From: Rhodothermales bacterium | GTDB taxonomy: Bacteria; Bacteroidota; Rhodothermia; Rhodothermales; Bin80 | Assembly (NCBI GenBank): GCA_965200955.1 | Contig: OZ241742.1 | Location: forward strand, 3,911,072 to 3,975,071 | Length of the DNA stretch: 64,000 bases | Direction of reading: 5' to 3' | Shown: positions 46,906-56,925 of the stretch, one piece after another | Position numbering within the stretch: position 1 is the stretch's first letter | Layout of the letters: the number at the start of each line of letters is the position of its first letter | Made by a program: the position numbers and the translations under genes | The notes under the pieces: model-generated | What the model saw: the letters and a program-made list of their open reading frames with translations, nothing else | Told to the model about the DNA's origin: nothing | The model's database searches: none

Positions 46906-48171
46906 CTATTGAGGGTAGTGTGATATTTTTGCAATTTCGTGGTTTTGAATTTGCCACTCAACAGTATACACAGAGACACCTAGCTCTTCGGCAAAATGAT
47001 AGATCTGATCTGCTTCAATTTCGTTTTGCGTCCCTACTTTATGTCTAAGCCATTCGCTTGGTGCAAGTAATTCTGCCGCGAATGATCTTGCACGAGATTG
47101 TTCGGGAGTTCGCACTTTACTTAAAAGAGCGGGTTGCCCCCCATTGTGTGCAATGTAATGTCCAAGAGCACGGGCGATCAGGAATTTTTTACCCTCATTA
47201 CGTTTTGATATAACAACGCAGGAAGGCGTATCCTTCCCAACACAACCCTCAATTCGAGAGGAGGGGGGAACCGTTTCAGCGTTCGTGATGGCATATTTGC
47301 CTTCAAAGGAAAAACGACCAGGTACACGACCAAGTGCTTGGAGAACAGAACGGGCATCATACTCTCCAGATTTCCATGGGACTTCAGATTTTGATGAACC
47401 ACTCCGAACTATGGATTTAACTTCTTTCCACAGTTCGTTGGGCGATTGATTGACCGTGGCAAGAGATTTTTTGAGCCACTTACTGGTCTGCTCAAGAAAT
47501 GCTACATCGGAAGCCAGTAGCAATTCTTCACGGATTAATGGATCCGTCTCATTCCAAATGGCAATGACGTTAGAGGCTAGTCCATCGTCAATATCAAAAG
47601 GGTCAAGTCCTAATAGAGCCGTGGCTTGACAGAATTCTTTCTCGCTATTATCAAGTTTGTTAATGATGACTCTCCATTCCTCAATCCAAGGAATATCAGT
47701 TATATTTTTGTCATTTAGTCTTTTAATAACATGTTCAACAAGATTATGAAATTCTTTCTGTAAAGATATAGTTTCAAACACTTGCTCGCCTTCAAGAATG
47801 AATTCGATTTGCGCATGCTTGGCATACCATTTTTCATTGGAAACAACAATATATTTGCCCTCTGGCCGAAAAATAATTCGTGGAAATACAAATCCATTAC
47901 CTGCATAGGAAAGGTCATGTCTGGATGCAAAGCCTATCCGAGAGGAACCATATACCGTATCCGCTTCGTAGGATAGATGCCACCAATTTGTTACGATCCA
48001 TTCGGCAAGGTAGGACAAGGGAACCTCAATATAATCTTGATATTGATTTCCTGTACGCAATCGTGTAGCGACTTGGTTCCCCAATTGGATAGAAAGTCTG
48101 CCCATCGTGTGATGGGCAACTGGATCTGGATACGGTGGGGCATCAACCCACTGGTAATTAAACAAAGACAT
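46906..48171 (-). CDS. 421-aa protein: unknown N-terminal ~300 aa plus degenerate ImmA/IrrE (COG2856)-like C-terminal domain
   Basis: The C-terminus KKFLIARALGHYIAHNGG....RSFAAELLAPSEWL parallels the ImmA/IrrE pattern 'RFtlAHELGHlllH....eAN.FAaeLLmP', but HE of HExxH is replaced by RA. The N-terminal ..RLSIQLGNQVATRL....YIEVPLSYLAEWIVTNWWHL.. was not recognised. Confidence 0.55.
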   Translation of the reverse strand: MSLFNYQWVDAPPYPDPVAHHTMGRLSIQLGNQVATRLRTGNQYQDYIEVPLSYLAEWIVTNWWHLSYEADTVYGSSRIGFASRHDLSYAGNGFVFPRIIFRPEGKYIVVSNEKWYAKHAQIEFILEGEQVFETISLQKEFHNLVEHVIKRLNDKNITDIPWIEEWRVIINKLDNSEKEFCQATALLGLDPFDIDDGLASNVIAIWNETDPLIREELLLASDVAFLEQTSKWLKKSLATVNQSPNELWKEVKSIVRSGSSKSEVPWKSGEYDARSVLQALGRVPGRFSFEGKYAITNAETVPPSSRIEGCVGKDTPSCVVISKRNEGKKFLIARALGHYIAHNGGQPALLSKVRTPEQSRARSFAAELLAPSEWLRHKVGTQNEIEADQIYHFAEELGVSVYTVEWQIQNHEIAKISHYPQ

Positions 48172-48569
48172 TATTTCAATCCTATGATTTGATCATGAGG
48201 ACCAAGCGGGAACCCATGATACTCACATGAACCACGACCGGATTGCCGTGCCTCAAAAAGTATACCATCTTCTTCATGCCATACTACGCGGGGAAATCCA
48301 TGATCAAATTCACCGAAATTACCTAGCCGAACGGCATTTTGAAGCCACTGTTGAACCAGATCAAGATTTCTCTGCAGATTTTGAGGACATGGAGTTTTAC
48401 CGGGTCTGTTTTCTGGATTGATTCCTCTCACACGAATGGTCTTATGGTATGGGCTACCAACATAGCGGCATTGGCTAGCCACCACATCAAGATCAATCTC
48501 TGGGGGTGGCGGTAATACCTTTCTCACCCTTGGCTTAATACGCCTGTAGGATACTCGTTTTGCCGCCAT
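48171..48569 (-). CDS. 132-aa basic protein of unknown function, translationally coupled to the 421-aa gene
   Basis: MAAKRVSYRRIKPRVRKVLPPPP...FPRVVWHEEDGILFEARQSGRGSCEYHGFPLGPHD. Its TAA overlaps the downstream ATG (TAATG, 48169-48173). Confidence 0.45.
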   Translation of the reverse strand: MAAKRVSYRRIKPRVRKVLPPPPEIDLDVVASQCRYVGSPYHKTIRVRGINPENRPGKTPCPQNLQRNLDLVQQWLQNAVRLGNFGEFDHGFPRVVWHEEDGILFEARQSGRGSCEYHGFPLGPHDQIIGLK

Positions 48570-49234
48570 AGATTGATAGTATTGTATAGACTGAAAAGAA
48601 TACAGTATTCGTAATTTGGTGATTGCAAAATGTGAGTCATTTCATTATGGAAGCTACCATTCCAAGGTAAAATGGAAGTGGAGCGAATAAGAACCCAAAT
48701 ATTGCTTGCTCCCAATAAAAATGCAAATCAAGTTACAGATAAAGCGATGTTTGGATTTCAAACCTCGCCTTTAATACAAGCAAAGTCGGATTAATGTTCA
48801 ACTGCGGAGAAGACCATCAACTCTTCTAACTGATTGAGATTGAAACTGCGGGGATCCACTGGGACTTGAAGTGGATGTGTTACTTCTGTGAACTACAGGT
48901 CAGTCAGGATGAACTGTTAATGCTGTTAGAGAGACGAAACATATCAAACCGTGATCAAGATAATCCGTCAATGGACAATGGGGTTGTTTCAAATCTTGTT
49001 GAAACAACCCCGCGGGTGCCCATCAAGATACCCGCCTCTTTATTGTTGGGATCTACATACTTTTTACGCATATGTTGAAGGTCACAAAGCATGCTGGTTG
49101 AAAATGAAGCACGGAATGCACTTCCTCGCCGATCTTCTGTAGATGAGACAAGTCTCCTTCAGGGTCAATTTTAATGATGACTCTGGATAGATCCTTGTAA
49201 CGTCCGCTATTGTATACTCAACTGCATCGCTGGG

Positions 49235-52200
49235 TTACCGAACGCTCATAAAGTGCCCAACATAGACCGAAGAGGACCTGTCATCCAAAGATGTTGCATG
49301 AATCCGATACAGATATGCACCTGAGGGCAAGTTCAGATCGCTCAACTCTATTTCATGTCCCCATCCTGCGGTGAGATACTCCGATGGGGTTGACACCAAT
49401 CGCCTCCCAGTAACATCCATGACTTCCACCTGCACCTGTGCAGGCCACGGAAGATCAAAGACCAGATTTGTGGAACTATGGAAAGGATTCGGGTAATTGG
49501 AATACCCTTGGAATTCTTGGGGTATTCCTGGGTTTTCCTCTGTATGTACAGGAGAGATCACACCAATGCTAAACACAAGGCTATCCGCCACCCCGTTTTG
49601 ATCCATAGCTTTATAGGTCAAGGAGATGGGTGGGGTCACCTCTAAGGGGGTTCCACTGATCGTACGGGTCGCAAGATCAAATTTCAGGTAATACGGAAGA
49701 TCCAACAGCGTAAGGGTATACTGGATGGGAGGCACTCCTCCTGTCACCTCTGGAAGCACCAGAGGATCAATGACCTGCCCTCGCGGATAGGATTGGTTGG
49801 GTACGGTTTCGGTAAACATGATCGTGTATACTTCCATCTCAAAGTCCAGTTTGCTGCTGGTCCCCGCACGATCCTCCACCGTATAGGTATAGACCTGCGA
49901 CTTCGTCACCTCTGATGGCGTTCCGCTGAGCATACGGGTTTCTGCATCAAAGGTGATCCCTTTGGGAGGATCTGGGGTTAGGGCGTATACGTAGGGCAGC
50001 ACTCCTCCCTTGGCGCTTGGTAGCACAAGATCAGCAATCGCTTTTCCGAGAGGAAGCATCTGATCTGCAACCGAGTCAGCAAAGACCAATGCCTGCGGTG
50101 CAATGACTTCTATGGTGAATGTTTGCATCGCCGTGGCATTATCGTCATCGGTGACCGTATACGTATAGGTGGTTGCAGGCATGCTCGCTGAGGGGGTTCC
50201 ACTGATGGATCGCGTGGAAGCATCAAACTCAAGTCCTGCAGGCGGATCTGGCGTGAGAGCATAGCGATAGGGTTGCGTTCCCCCTACGGCATCTGGAAGC
50301 ACCACTTCATCAATAGGCACGCCCACTAGAAAGGACTGATTTGATATCGTCGTGGCAAACGACAGGGGTTGCACCTCTATGGCGTCATCATCGACAATGG
50401 TCAGTGTATGGACACTTTGGCTTCCGATGTCATACCCTGTACCGCTGGTCAGCGTCACGATCACCGTCTCGTCCGATTCATTGACTGGATCATTGGTGAT
50501 CACGATGGAGAGAGTCGCTGAAGTCGCATTGGCGGCCACCGTGACGGAGCCTGATCCCTCAATGGTGTAGTCGGCATTTTCGGTGGCGGTGCCTCCCAGA
50601 GAGTACGTAATGGTGAGCGAACTCGGAGAGGCGGGATTCACATTGACCTGCACGGTCGCAGTTGTACCGTCTTCGTTGACCTGAGAAGCCGTCGCATCAA
50701 ACGAGACAACCACATCAGCTGTCGTTGCAGGTGTTGTTGTCGTTGAACTAGCTACATTAGATGGCTGAGCACTTTCTCCGACCGAGTTGATGGCATAAAC
50801 CCGGTAATGGCGTGTAGTTCCAGCGGTCAGTCCAGTATGAGAATCCGTCGTTGCCGTTGCAGTCGTGTTCGTTCTCGTCAAATTGTTCCAGGGATCGTTT
50901 CCATCGGTTGACCACTGTATGCGGTATCCCGTGATGGGTGAACCTCCCGTACTGGATGGGACAGTCCAAGAAAGATTGATCGTCGTCTGCCCCGATGCCG
51001 ATGCATTGAGTAATCTCGGTACACTTGGCACGGTGGCCGCTGTTGTACTCGTTGTTGCACTGACGACATCGGATGCTGGACTATCTCCCACCGAGTTGAT
51101 CGCATAAACACGGTAATAACGTGTCGTTCCTGCCGTCAGTCCAGTATGGGAATCCGTCGTTGCAGTCGCCGTCGTGTTCGTTCTCGTCAGGTTAGTCCAG
51201 GGATCGTTTCCATCGGTTGACCACTGTATGCGGTATCCCGTGATGGGTGAGCCTCCAGTGCTGGATGGAGCTGTCCAAGATAGGTTAATGGTCGTTTGCC
51301 CCGATGCGGTGGCGGTGAGTGAAGTCGGTGCAGCTGGTGCAGAGATGGCTAGGGTCGTGGCACCAATGACATTGGAGGGCTGTAAACTTTCACGATGTGA
51401 GTTGATCGCAAAGACCCTGTAGAAACGTCTAGCATTGGGAGACAGTCCGGTAACCGTATAAGACGTTTGCGTATTCCCCGTATTGGCAACTACATTGGAC
51501 CAGTTGGATGTATCCGTGTTGTCGGGAGAGGACTGGATCCTGTATCCAATAATGGAGGATGAGCCCTCATTTTGAGGGGCACGCCAGGAAAGATTGATGG
51601 ATGTGCGGCGAATGGACGTTGCTCGCAGTGAGCTCGGCGCGTCTGGAGGAATGCTCAAGGTGACAAAAGACGGGCTGGAGAAGGGATTTGCCCCCATACT
51701 ACCAGAACTATGGACAAGATAGCCATACGTGGTACCGAGGGTAAGAGTATCATCGGTGTCTGTATAACTTAATTCGTTTGATCGGACACGTCCTAAATAG
51801 TCCCAAAAATCACCATTATCGTCGGTTCGAAATATACCATAAGCAGTCACACTTTCTCCTTGTGGTAGATCCGTCGGTGCATCCCAGGAAACGGTAATCT
51901 CACTGAGGGATGTCTGTGTAGCCATCACATTGGTGGGAATTCCAATACCAGTGGATGGTAATGCAGTGGCCATGACGACATTGGAGGGGGGACCCTCCCC
52001 AGTCGAATTGACAGCACGGACCCGAAAACGAAAGGTTTTTCCAGGGGTGAGCCTGCTACTGTAGACGGTATGAGCACTGTAACCTGCAGTTCCGGTCAGA
52101 TCATCCCAGCTGGTGCCATCGGTTGACCACTCAATGTTGTAATCTGTGATATCACTACCTCCATCATTGGATGGGACATCCCATGTAATGTACAAATAAA

Positions 52201-52537
52201 GAAAACCAGAAAAACTCAAATTAACACGCGCGTTCGTTGGTGGACCCGGGACTGCTTGATACGTATTCTCTTTCAAAGTAGGGGAGGCAATTGGTTGATC
52301 CACATCTATACTACCAAAAGATGAAGGATTACGATCCAAATGAGAATCCCTACGAACTGAAACGGAGCTCTCATCATGATTTACCGAATCGGAATCGGCC
52401 AATCCATCAGGAGAGAGTTCAGAAATCCTACGATCTAAAAAATTGGGGGGGGGTAGAACGGAGGAGTCCATGTGGAGCGAGTCACTTGCTACTCCAGGAA
52501 TCACGGCTAACAATAAAAAGAAACTGATCACAGACAT
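49235..52537 (-). CDS. giant surface adhesin-like protein, paralog 2 (signal peptide, ~6 Fn3, Calx-beta-like, 4 cadherin-like modules, T9SS tail), intact
   Basis: MSVISFFLLLAVIPGVASD signal peptide. It has the same architecture as paralog 1 and a nearly identical 3' end at DNA level (49246-49340 vs 37266-37360). Confidence 0.9.
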   Translation of the reverse strand: MSVISFFLLLAVIPGVASDSLHMDSSVLPPPNFLDRRISELSPDGLADSDSVNHDESSVSVRRDSHLDRNPSSFGSIDVDQPIASPTLKENTYQAVPGPPTNARVNLSFSGFLYLYITWDVPSNDGGSDITDYNIEWSTDGTSWDDLTGTAGYSAHTVYSSRLTPGKTFRFRVRAVNSTGEGPPSNVVMATALPSTGIGIPTNVMATQTSLSEITVSWDAPTDLPQGESVTAYGIFRTDDNGDFWDYLGRVRSNELSYTDTDDTLTLGTTYGYLVHSSGSMGANPFSSPSFVTLSIPPDAPSSLRATSIRRTSINLSWRAPQNEGSSSIIGYRIQSSPDNTDTSNWSNVVANTGNTQTSYTVTGLSPNARRFYRVFAINSHRESLQPSNVIGATTLAISAPAAPTSLTATASGQTTINLSWTAPSSTGGSPITGYRIQWSTDGNDPWTNLTRTNTTATATTDSHTGLTAGTTRYYRVYAINSVGDSPASDVVSATTSTTAATVPSVPRLLNASASGQTTINLSWTVPSSTGGSPITGYRIQWSTDGNDPWNNLTRTNTTATATTDSHTGLTAGTTRHYRVYAINSVGESAQPSNVASSTTTTPATTADVVVSFDATASQVNEDGTTATVQVNVNPASPSSLTITYSLGGTATENADYTIEGSGSVTVAANATSATLSIVITNDPVNESDETVIVTLTSGTGYDIGSQSVHTLTIVDDDAIEVQPLSFATTISNQSFLVGVPIDEVVLPDAVGGTQPYRYALTPDPPAGLEFDASTRSISGTPSASMPATTYTYTVTDDDNATAMQTFTIEVIAPQALVFADSVADQMLPLGKAIADLVLPSAKGGVLPYVYALTPDPPKGITFDAETRMLSGTPSEVTKSQVYTYTVEDRAGTSSKLDFEMEVYTIMFTETVPNQSYPRGQVIDPLVLPEVTGGVPPIQYTLTLLDLPYYLKFDLATRTISGTPLEVTPPISLTYKAMDQNGVADSLVFSIGVISPVHTEENPGIPQEFQGYSNYPNPFHSSTNLVFDLPWPAQVQVEVMDVTGRRLVSTPSEYLTAGWGHEIELSDLNLPSGAYLYRIHATSLDDRSSSVYVGHFMSVR
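50740..51360 (-). repeat. two tandem ~309-nt Fn3-module repeats of the 'ASGQTTINLSW' subfamily
   Basis: ccactgtatgcggtatcccgt at ~50912 and ~51221; ccaaga(a/t)ag(a/g)tt(g/a)at(c/g)gtcgt at ~50966 and ~51274. Confidence 0.8.
52445..52453. repeat. G9/C9 homopolymer inside paralog 2 (codes PPP, in frame)
   Basis: Counted directly: ...aaaaaattGGGGGGGGGtagaacg... Confidence 0.95.
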
Positions 52538-52567
52538 TATTCAGATGAATGTTTTGAATATGAGCCT

Positions 52568-52654
52568 TTTGCAAAACCTCAGGATCAACTCCAAAAAACG
52601 AACCAGAAGAGCATCAGTGCATTAATTTTTTCTAAAACGCAGAGGTTTTGCAAA
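52568..52654. promoter_or_regulatory. inverted repeat in the 5' region of paralog 2 (13-bp perfect, 16/18 extended arms; 61-nt spacer)
   Basis: TTTGCAAAACCTC (52568-52580) and GAGGTTTTGCAAA (52642-52654), 31-117 nt upstream of the ATG at 52537. Each arm contains the palindrome TTTGCAAA. Confidence 0.4.
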
Positions 52655-52897
52655 CGCCTCATATTATGGCTAATTTACAAAATAATGGAGGAAAATGCAA
52701 ATTGTTAACGATAATTAGATCTTAGAGTATCATAGATTGTCAATAATGTATAAATCAAGGAAAAAGTCGTCTTAGACTATTGGCGAAAGTATATACTTAG
52801 AAAAAGGAGTGAGATCAATCAATTCATGATTTTGCTACATGCGAATGAAGACGAAATGGAATGATCTCAAAAAATGATACTTCACAAATTGAGTGAT

Positions 52898-53608
52898 CTA
52901 TTTACCGATCAGTAGAAAGATCCAGCCAGCCAGCAAACCACCTGCAATGGGTCCTAAGACAGGAATCCATGCATACCCCCAGTCACTTTCTCCTTTATGC
53001 TTCAGGGGAATCAATGCGTGGACAATCCGAGGGCTCAGATCGCGGGCAGGGTTGATCGCATATCCAGTCGTTCCACCAAGCGTAAGCCCGATGGCCAATA
53101 CAATGATTCCCACGGGGATTGCATCCAACGATCCAAGTCCGATTTCAGGTTCCACAAGGTATAACACAGCGAAGACAAGCACGAAGGTAGCTATCATTTC
53201 GCTGAGGAAGTTGAAGGCATTGTTTCGGATGGCTGGGGCAGTGCAGAAGACGGCCCGATTGATATCAGTATCTTCGGTGACCTGAAAATGATTCCAATAA
53301 AACAGATATACCAGGAATGCACCTAATGCACCACCCAAGAATTGGGCCGTCAAATAAAGAGGGACTAAACCCCAATCAAAGGTTCCAGACAGAGCAAGCC
53401 CAAGCGTGACTGCAGGATTGATATGTGCACCGCTATAGTTAGCTACAATAAATACAGCGACAAAAACAGAAACGCCCCAGCCTAAACTGATGGTGATCCA
53501 TCCAGCACCATGTCCTTTGGTTTGTTGCAGGATGACATTCGCTACGACACCATTGCCAAGCAATAAAAGGATGCCTGTGCCTATAAATTCTGCCAAGAAA
53601 GGACTCAT
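52898..53608 (-). CDS. glpF: aquaglyceroporin (MIP family glycerol uptake facilitator)
   Basis: Two NPA boxes (SGAHINPAVT, GYAINPARD) and FLAEFIGTGILLLLGNG. The start was chosen 10 nt after the glpK stop. Confidence 0.9.
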   Translation of the reverse strand: MSPFLAEFIGTGILLLLGNGVVANVILQQTKGHGAGWITISLGWGVSVFVAVFIVANYSGAHINPAVTLGLALSGTFDWGLVPLYLTAQFLGGALGAFLVYLFYWNHFQVTEDTDINRAVFCTAPAIRNNAFNFLSEMIATFVLVFAVLYLVEPEIGLGSLDAIPVGIIVLAIGLTLGGTTGYAINPARDLSPRIVHALIPLKHKGESDWGYAWIPVLGPIAGGLLAGWIFLLIGK

Positions 53609-53618
53609 AGATCTAAGA

Positions 53619-55115
53619 CTAGGTTTGTGATGATTTCGATTGTGAGTGTTTAGACCGCTCAACAGCTTCGGACCACGCTTCCATGAGATGTTCGGCGGTG
53701 GAACGGGGCATTTGAGGCTCAAAGGTCTGATCCACTTGCCATAAGCTGCTCAGCACTTCTATATCTGGCCAGTAGCCAATGGCGATCCCAGATAGATAAG
53801 CAGCTCCCAGAGCGGTAGTTTCGCGCACGACTGGACGAACCACAGGAACATCAAGAATGTCGGCCTGAAATTGCATCAGGAGATTATTTGCTGTGGCTCC
53901 GCCGTCAACGCGTACCTCAGTCAATTGAATGTTGGCATCTGCTTCCATCGCTTTGATGACATCTGCGCTTTGATAAGCAATACTCTCAAGAGCTGCACGA
54001 GCAATATGGGAGGCATTGCTTCCTCGAGTCAATCCAGAGATGGTGCCACGAGCGTAGGGATCCCAGTGAGGAGCTCCTAATCCCGTGAAGGCAGGCACCA
54101 TCATGACGCCTCCGCTATCATCAACTTTAGATGCGAGTAGCTCCACATCGGAAGACTGGCGGATCAGACCTAACTCATCTCGTAGCCACTGTACGACGGC
54201 ACCACCGATGAAGACACTTCCTTCAAGAGCGAATTGTGTGGAGTCATGAACCTGCCATGCAACAGTGGTCAACAACTGATGTGTTGAAGCCATTGCCTCA
54301 GAACCCGTATTCATCAGCAAAAAACAACCCGTTCCATAGGTGTTTTTGACCATGCCAGGTTTGCTACATACCTGTCCAAAGAGAGCTGCTTGTTGATCAC
54401 CAGCAATTCCAGAAATGGGAATGGAATGACCCAGGAAATCCGTCTCTCCTATAATGCCACACGAGGGGACAATGGTAGGTAAAATGTCAACGGGAATGCT
54501 TAGTATCTCACAGAGTTCTTGGTCCCACTCTTGGGTATGTAGATTGTACAGAAGTGTTCGGCTTGCGTTGGACACATCGGTGCAATGATGTCTCCCATTG
54601 GTGAGATTCCAGATCAGCCATGAATCAATGGTTCCAGCACATAAGCGACCCGCCTTTGCTAAATCACCAGCATTTGGAATGTGATCTAGAAGCCATTTGA
54701 TTTTTGTGCCTGAAAAATATGGATCCAGCAAAAGTCCAGTACGTTGCTGAAATATATCTGATAGTCCATCGGTGCGTAGTTGATCACAATCCGCGGCGGT
54801 ACGGCGGTCCTGCCAGACAATGGCATGATGGAGCGGCTGACCTGTCTCACGATCCCATAAAACGGTGGTTTCGCGCTGATTGGTGATACCAATTGCTTCA
54901 ATATCCTGACTCATTAAGCCGCATGAGTGTAAAACTTCATGTGCAACGGATTGCTGAGATTGCCACAGATCATTAGGATTGTGTTCAACCCATCCGGGTT
55001 GGGGATAGATTTGCGGAAACTCTTGCTGGGCAGTTCCAACAATACATCCCTCCCTGTCAAAAATGATGGCACGCGAACTGGTTGTTCCTTGATCAAGTGC
55101 GAGAATATAGGACAT
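53619..55115 (-). CDS. glpK: glycerol kinase
   Basis: [20 protein letters not shown]...[10 protein letters not shown]...[15 protein letters not shown]...AIVWQDRRT. Confidence 0.95.
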   Translation of the reverse strand: MSYILALDQGTTSSRAIIFDREGCIVGTAQQEFPQIYPQPGWVEHNPNDLWQSQQSVAHEVLHSCGLMSQDIEAIGITNQRETTVLWDRETGQPLHHAIVWQDRRTAADCDQLRTDGLSDIFQQRTGLLLDPYFSGTKIKWLLDHIPNAGDLAKAGRLCAGTIDSWLIWNLTNGRHHCTDVSNASRTLLYNLHTQEWDQELCEILSIPVDILPTIVPSCGIIGETDFLGHSIPISGIAGDQQAALFGQVCSKPGMVKNTYGTGCFLLMNTGSEAMASTHQLLTTVAWQVHDSTQFALEGSVFIGGAVVQWLRDELGLIRQSSDVELLASKVDDSGGVMMVPAFTGLGAPHWDPYARGTISGLTRGSNASHIARAALESIAYQSADVIKAMEADANIQLTEVRVDGGATANNLLMQFQADILDVPVVRPVVRETTALGAAYLSGIAIGYWPDIEVLSSLWQVDQTFEPQMPRSTAEHLMEAWSEAVERSKHSQSKSSQT

Positions 55116-55203
55116 GATACATCAAAATTTCTGTACTAATATACTGATAAATGCAACCCCATGTATAGAGAAACGTAGTTTATGCAAATACAACTCTTCA
55201 TTG

Positions 55204-56694
55204 ATGGATGCTCTGACAATCGTTACTGGTACTGCTCTGTTGTTGATTGCTATTGGCATATCTGACAGAGATAACGGCTCTTGGGTGATTTTGACAGGGT
55301 TTGCCATGGCCGCAGTTGCGGTCATGATCCGACTTTTCTCTGGCGATGGATTGATCCAAATCGGGATTGAATTGCTCCGAGATTGTGGCATCAGTTTACT
55401 GATTGCCTCCGCCTATATGGCTGTCAGGAAATTAGCCGAACATGCACGCCCTTACATGATTCTTGGTATGGCATCATTGATTTTATCGGGCCTTCTTTTT
55501 GGAGCACAGTACCTTTGGCAAACGGTTTGGAATCACGAAACACTGTCCGTTCTTGTGGAATTGGGACTTGATGATTCCATAGAGGAAGTGGAAGGAATTC
55601 TCACTCAATATGCGGATGCTTGGGAGCAAGCATTTCCAACGGTTGCTTTTTCAGACGATCGTGACCTATCACAGATTTATCTTGTTCATGTTTCCGAATC
55701 TCATGTACATGATATGATGAGTGCCCTCCGTGCAGATGCCGAGAATATTGATCATGTTGAACTCAATAAGGCTGTACAACTTTTTCTTCCACCTTCAGAG
55801 CAAGCGATACATCCTACATCAAAGGATGTACCCGAGAATGATCCTCTGGTTGATCTTCAGTGGGCATTGGATGCTGTTCAAGGCCACGAAGCTCTACAAG
55901 TGTTAAAACTGGAAAAGCCTCAGCGAAGAGCACGCATTGCCATCGTAGATACTGGCGTTGAATCTGATCACGAAGATTTAGAGATGGTTTATGTTAAAGG
56001 GGTGCATTACGATGGGAATGGACATGGAACGCATTGTGCTGGACTTGCTGGTGCTACGACTAACAATGGTTTGGGAATTGCCTCCCTCAACTGGGAAGGT
56101 CGCTTTGTTGAACTCATGGGGTTCAGGGCACTTTCAGAGAGTGGTCATGGATCTCTTGAGCAGATTGCACAGGCCGTCATTGATGCTGTTCAGGCGAATG
56201 CAGATGTCATTTCGATGTCACTGGGTTTACGGTCCGATGAAGAGCCAAGAGTGCTCTTCCATGCTGTAGAATTTGCCCTTGAACGCGGTGTCATCGTAGT
56301 CGCCTCTTCAGGAAATTCTAACGAAGATGCACTGGGTCATTATCCGTCAAGTATTGAGGATGTTATTGCCATTGCAGCTGTAGACCAGACTCTTTCCAAG
56401 GCGACATTTTCCAATACAGTCGGCAATCTATCCAGACCTCTGGCAGCTCCAGGTGTAGATATTCACTCTACCTTTCATGGCGGCGACTATGAAACGTTAA
56501 GCGGAACATCCATGGCAACTCCTATCGTTGCTGGATTGGTGGCCGTTATGCTGTCCATCAACCCAAAGTTGACTTCTGATGACATCTATACTATTTTGCA
56601 TGAAACGGGTAGGGAGATTTCTGATACTCCGTTGGTCGGTCGTCTGATCAATGCAGAGAATGCAATAGAGCGTGCCAAGAATATCCACATATAG
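55204..56694 (+). CDS. membrane-anchored S8 (subtilisin-family) serine peptidase
   Basis: About 4 N-terminal TM segments. Catalytic D (IAIVDTGV), H (GNGHGTHCAG) and S (SGTSMATP). Confidence 0.85.
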   Translation: MDALTIVTGTALLLIAIGISDRDNGSWVILTGFAMAAVAVMIRLFSGDGLIQIGIELLRDCGISLLIASAYMAVRKLAEHARPYMILGMASLILSGLLFGAQYLWQTVWNHETLSVLVELGLDDSIEEVEGILTQYADAWEQAFPTVAFSDDRDLSQIYLVHVSESHVHDMMSALRADAENIDHVELNKAVQLFLPPSEQAIHPTSKDVPENDPLVDLQWALDAVQGHEALQVLKLEKPQRRARIAIVDTGVESDHEDLEMVYVKGVHYDGNGHGTHCAGLAGATTNNGLGIASLNWEGRFVELMGFRALSESGHGSLEQIAQAVIDAVQANADVISMSLGLRSDEEPRVLFHAVEFALERGVIVVASSGNSNEDALGHYPSSIEDVIAIAAVDQTLSKATFSNTVGNLSRPLAAPGVDIHSTFHGGDYETLSGTSMATPIVAGLVAVMLSINPKLTSDDIYTILHETGREISDTPLVGRLINAENAIERAKNIHI

Positions 56695-56925
56695 CTTTAT
56701 GTTCGTTTTTAGTCTTCAATATATCACTCCAGTTTGAGATCGTACGAGGAGAGGGATTCTGACAATAGAGATTCATTTAGATTGAAGAATACCGCTTGGT
56801 ATAAAATGATTGAATGTTTTGGATGGAAGCACTTTAGTCAATGGAATTATGCATAAAATGTCATAAAGATCTACAATGTACTAAGATACTCTCAGAACAG
56901 GATTTTCCAAGAGTCATGAGCACCT

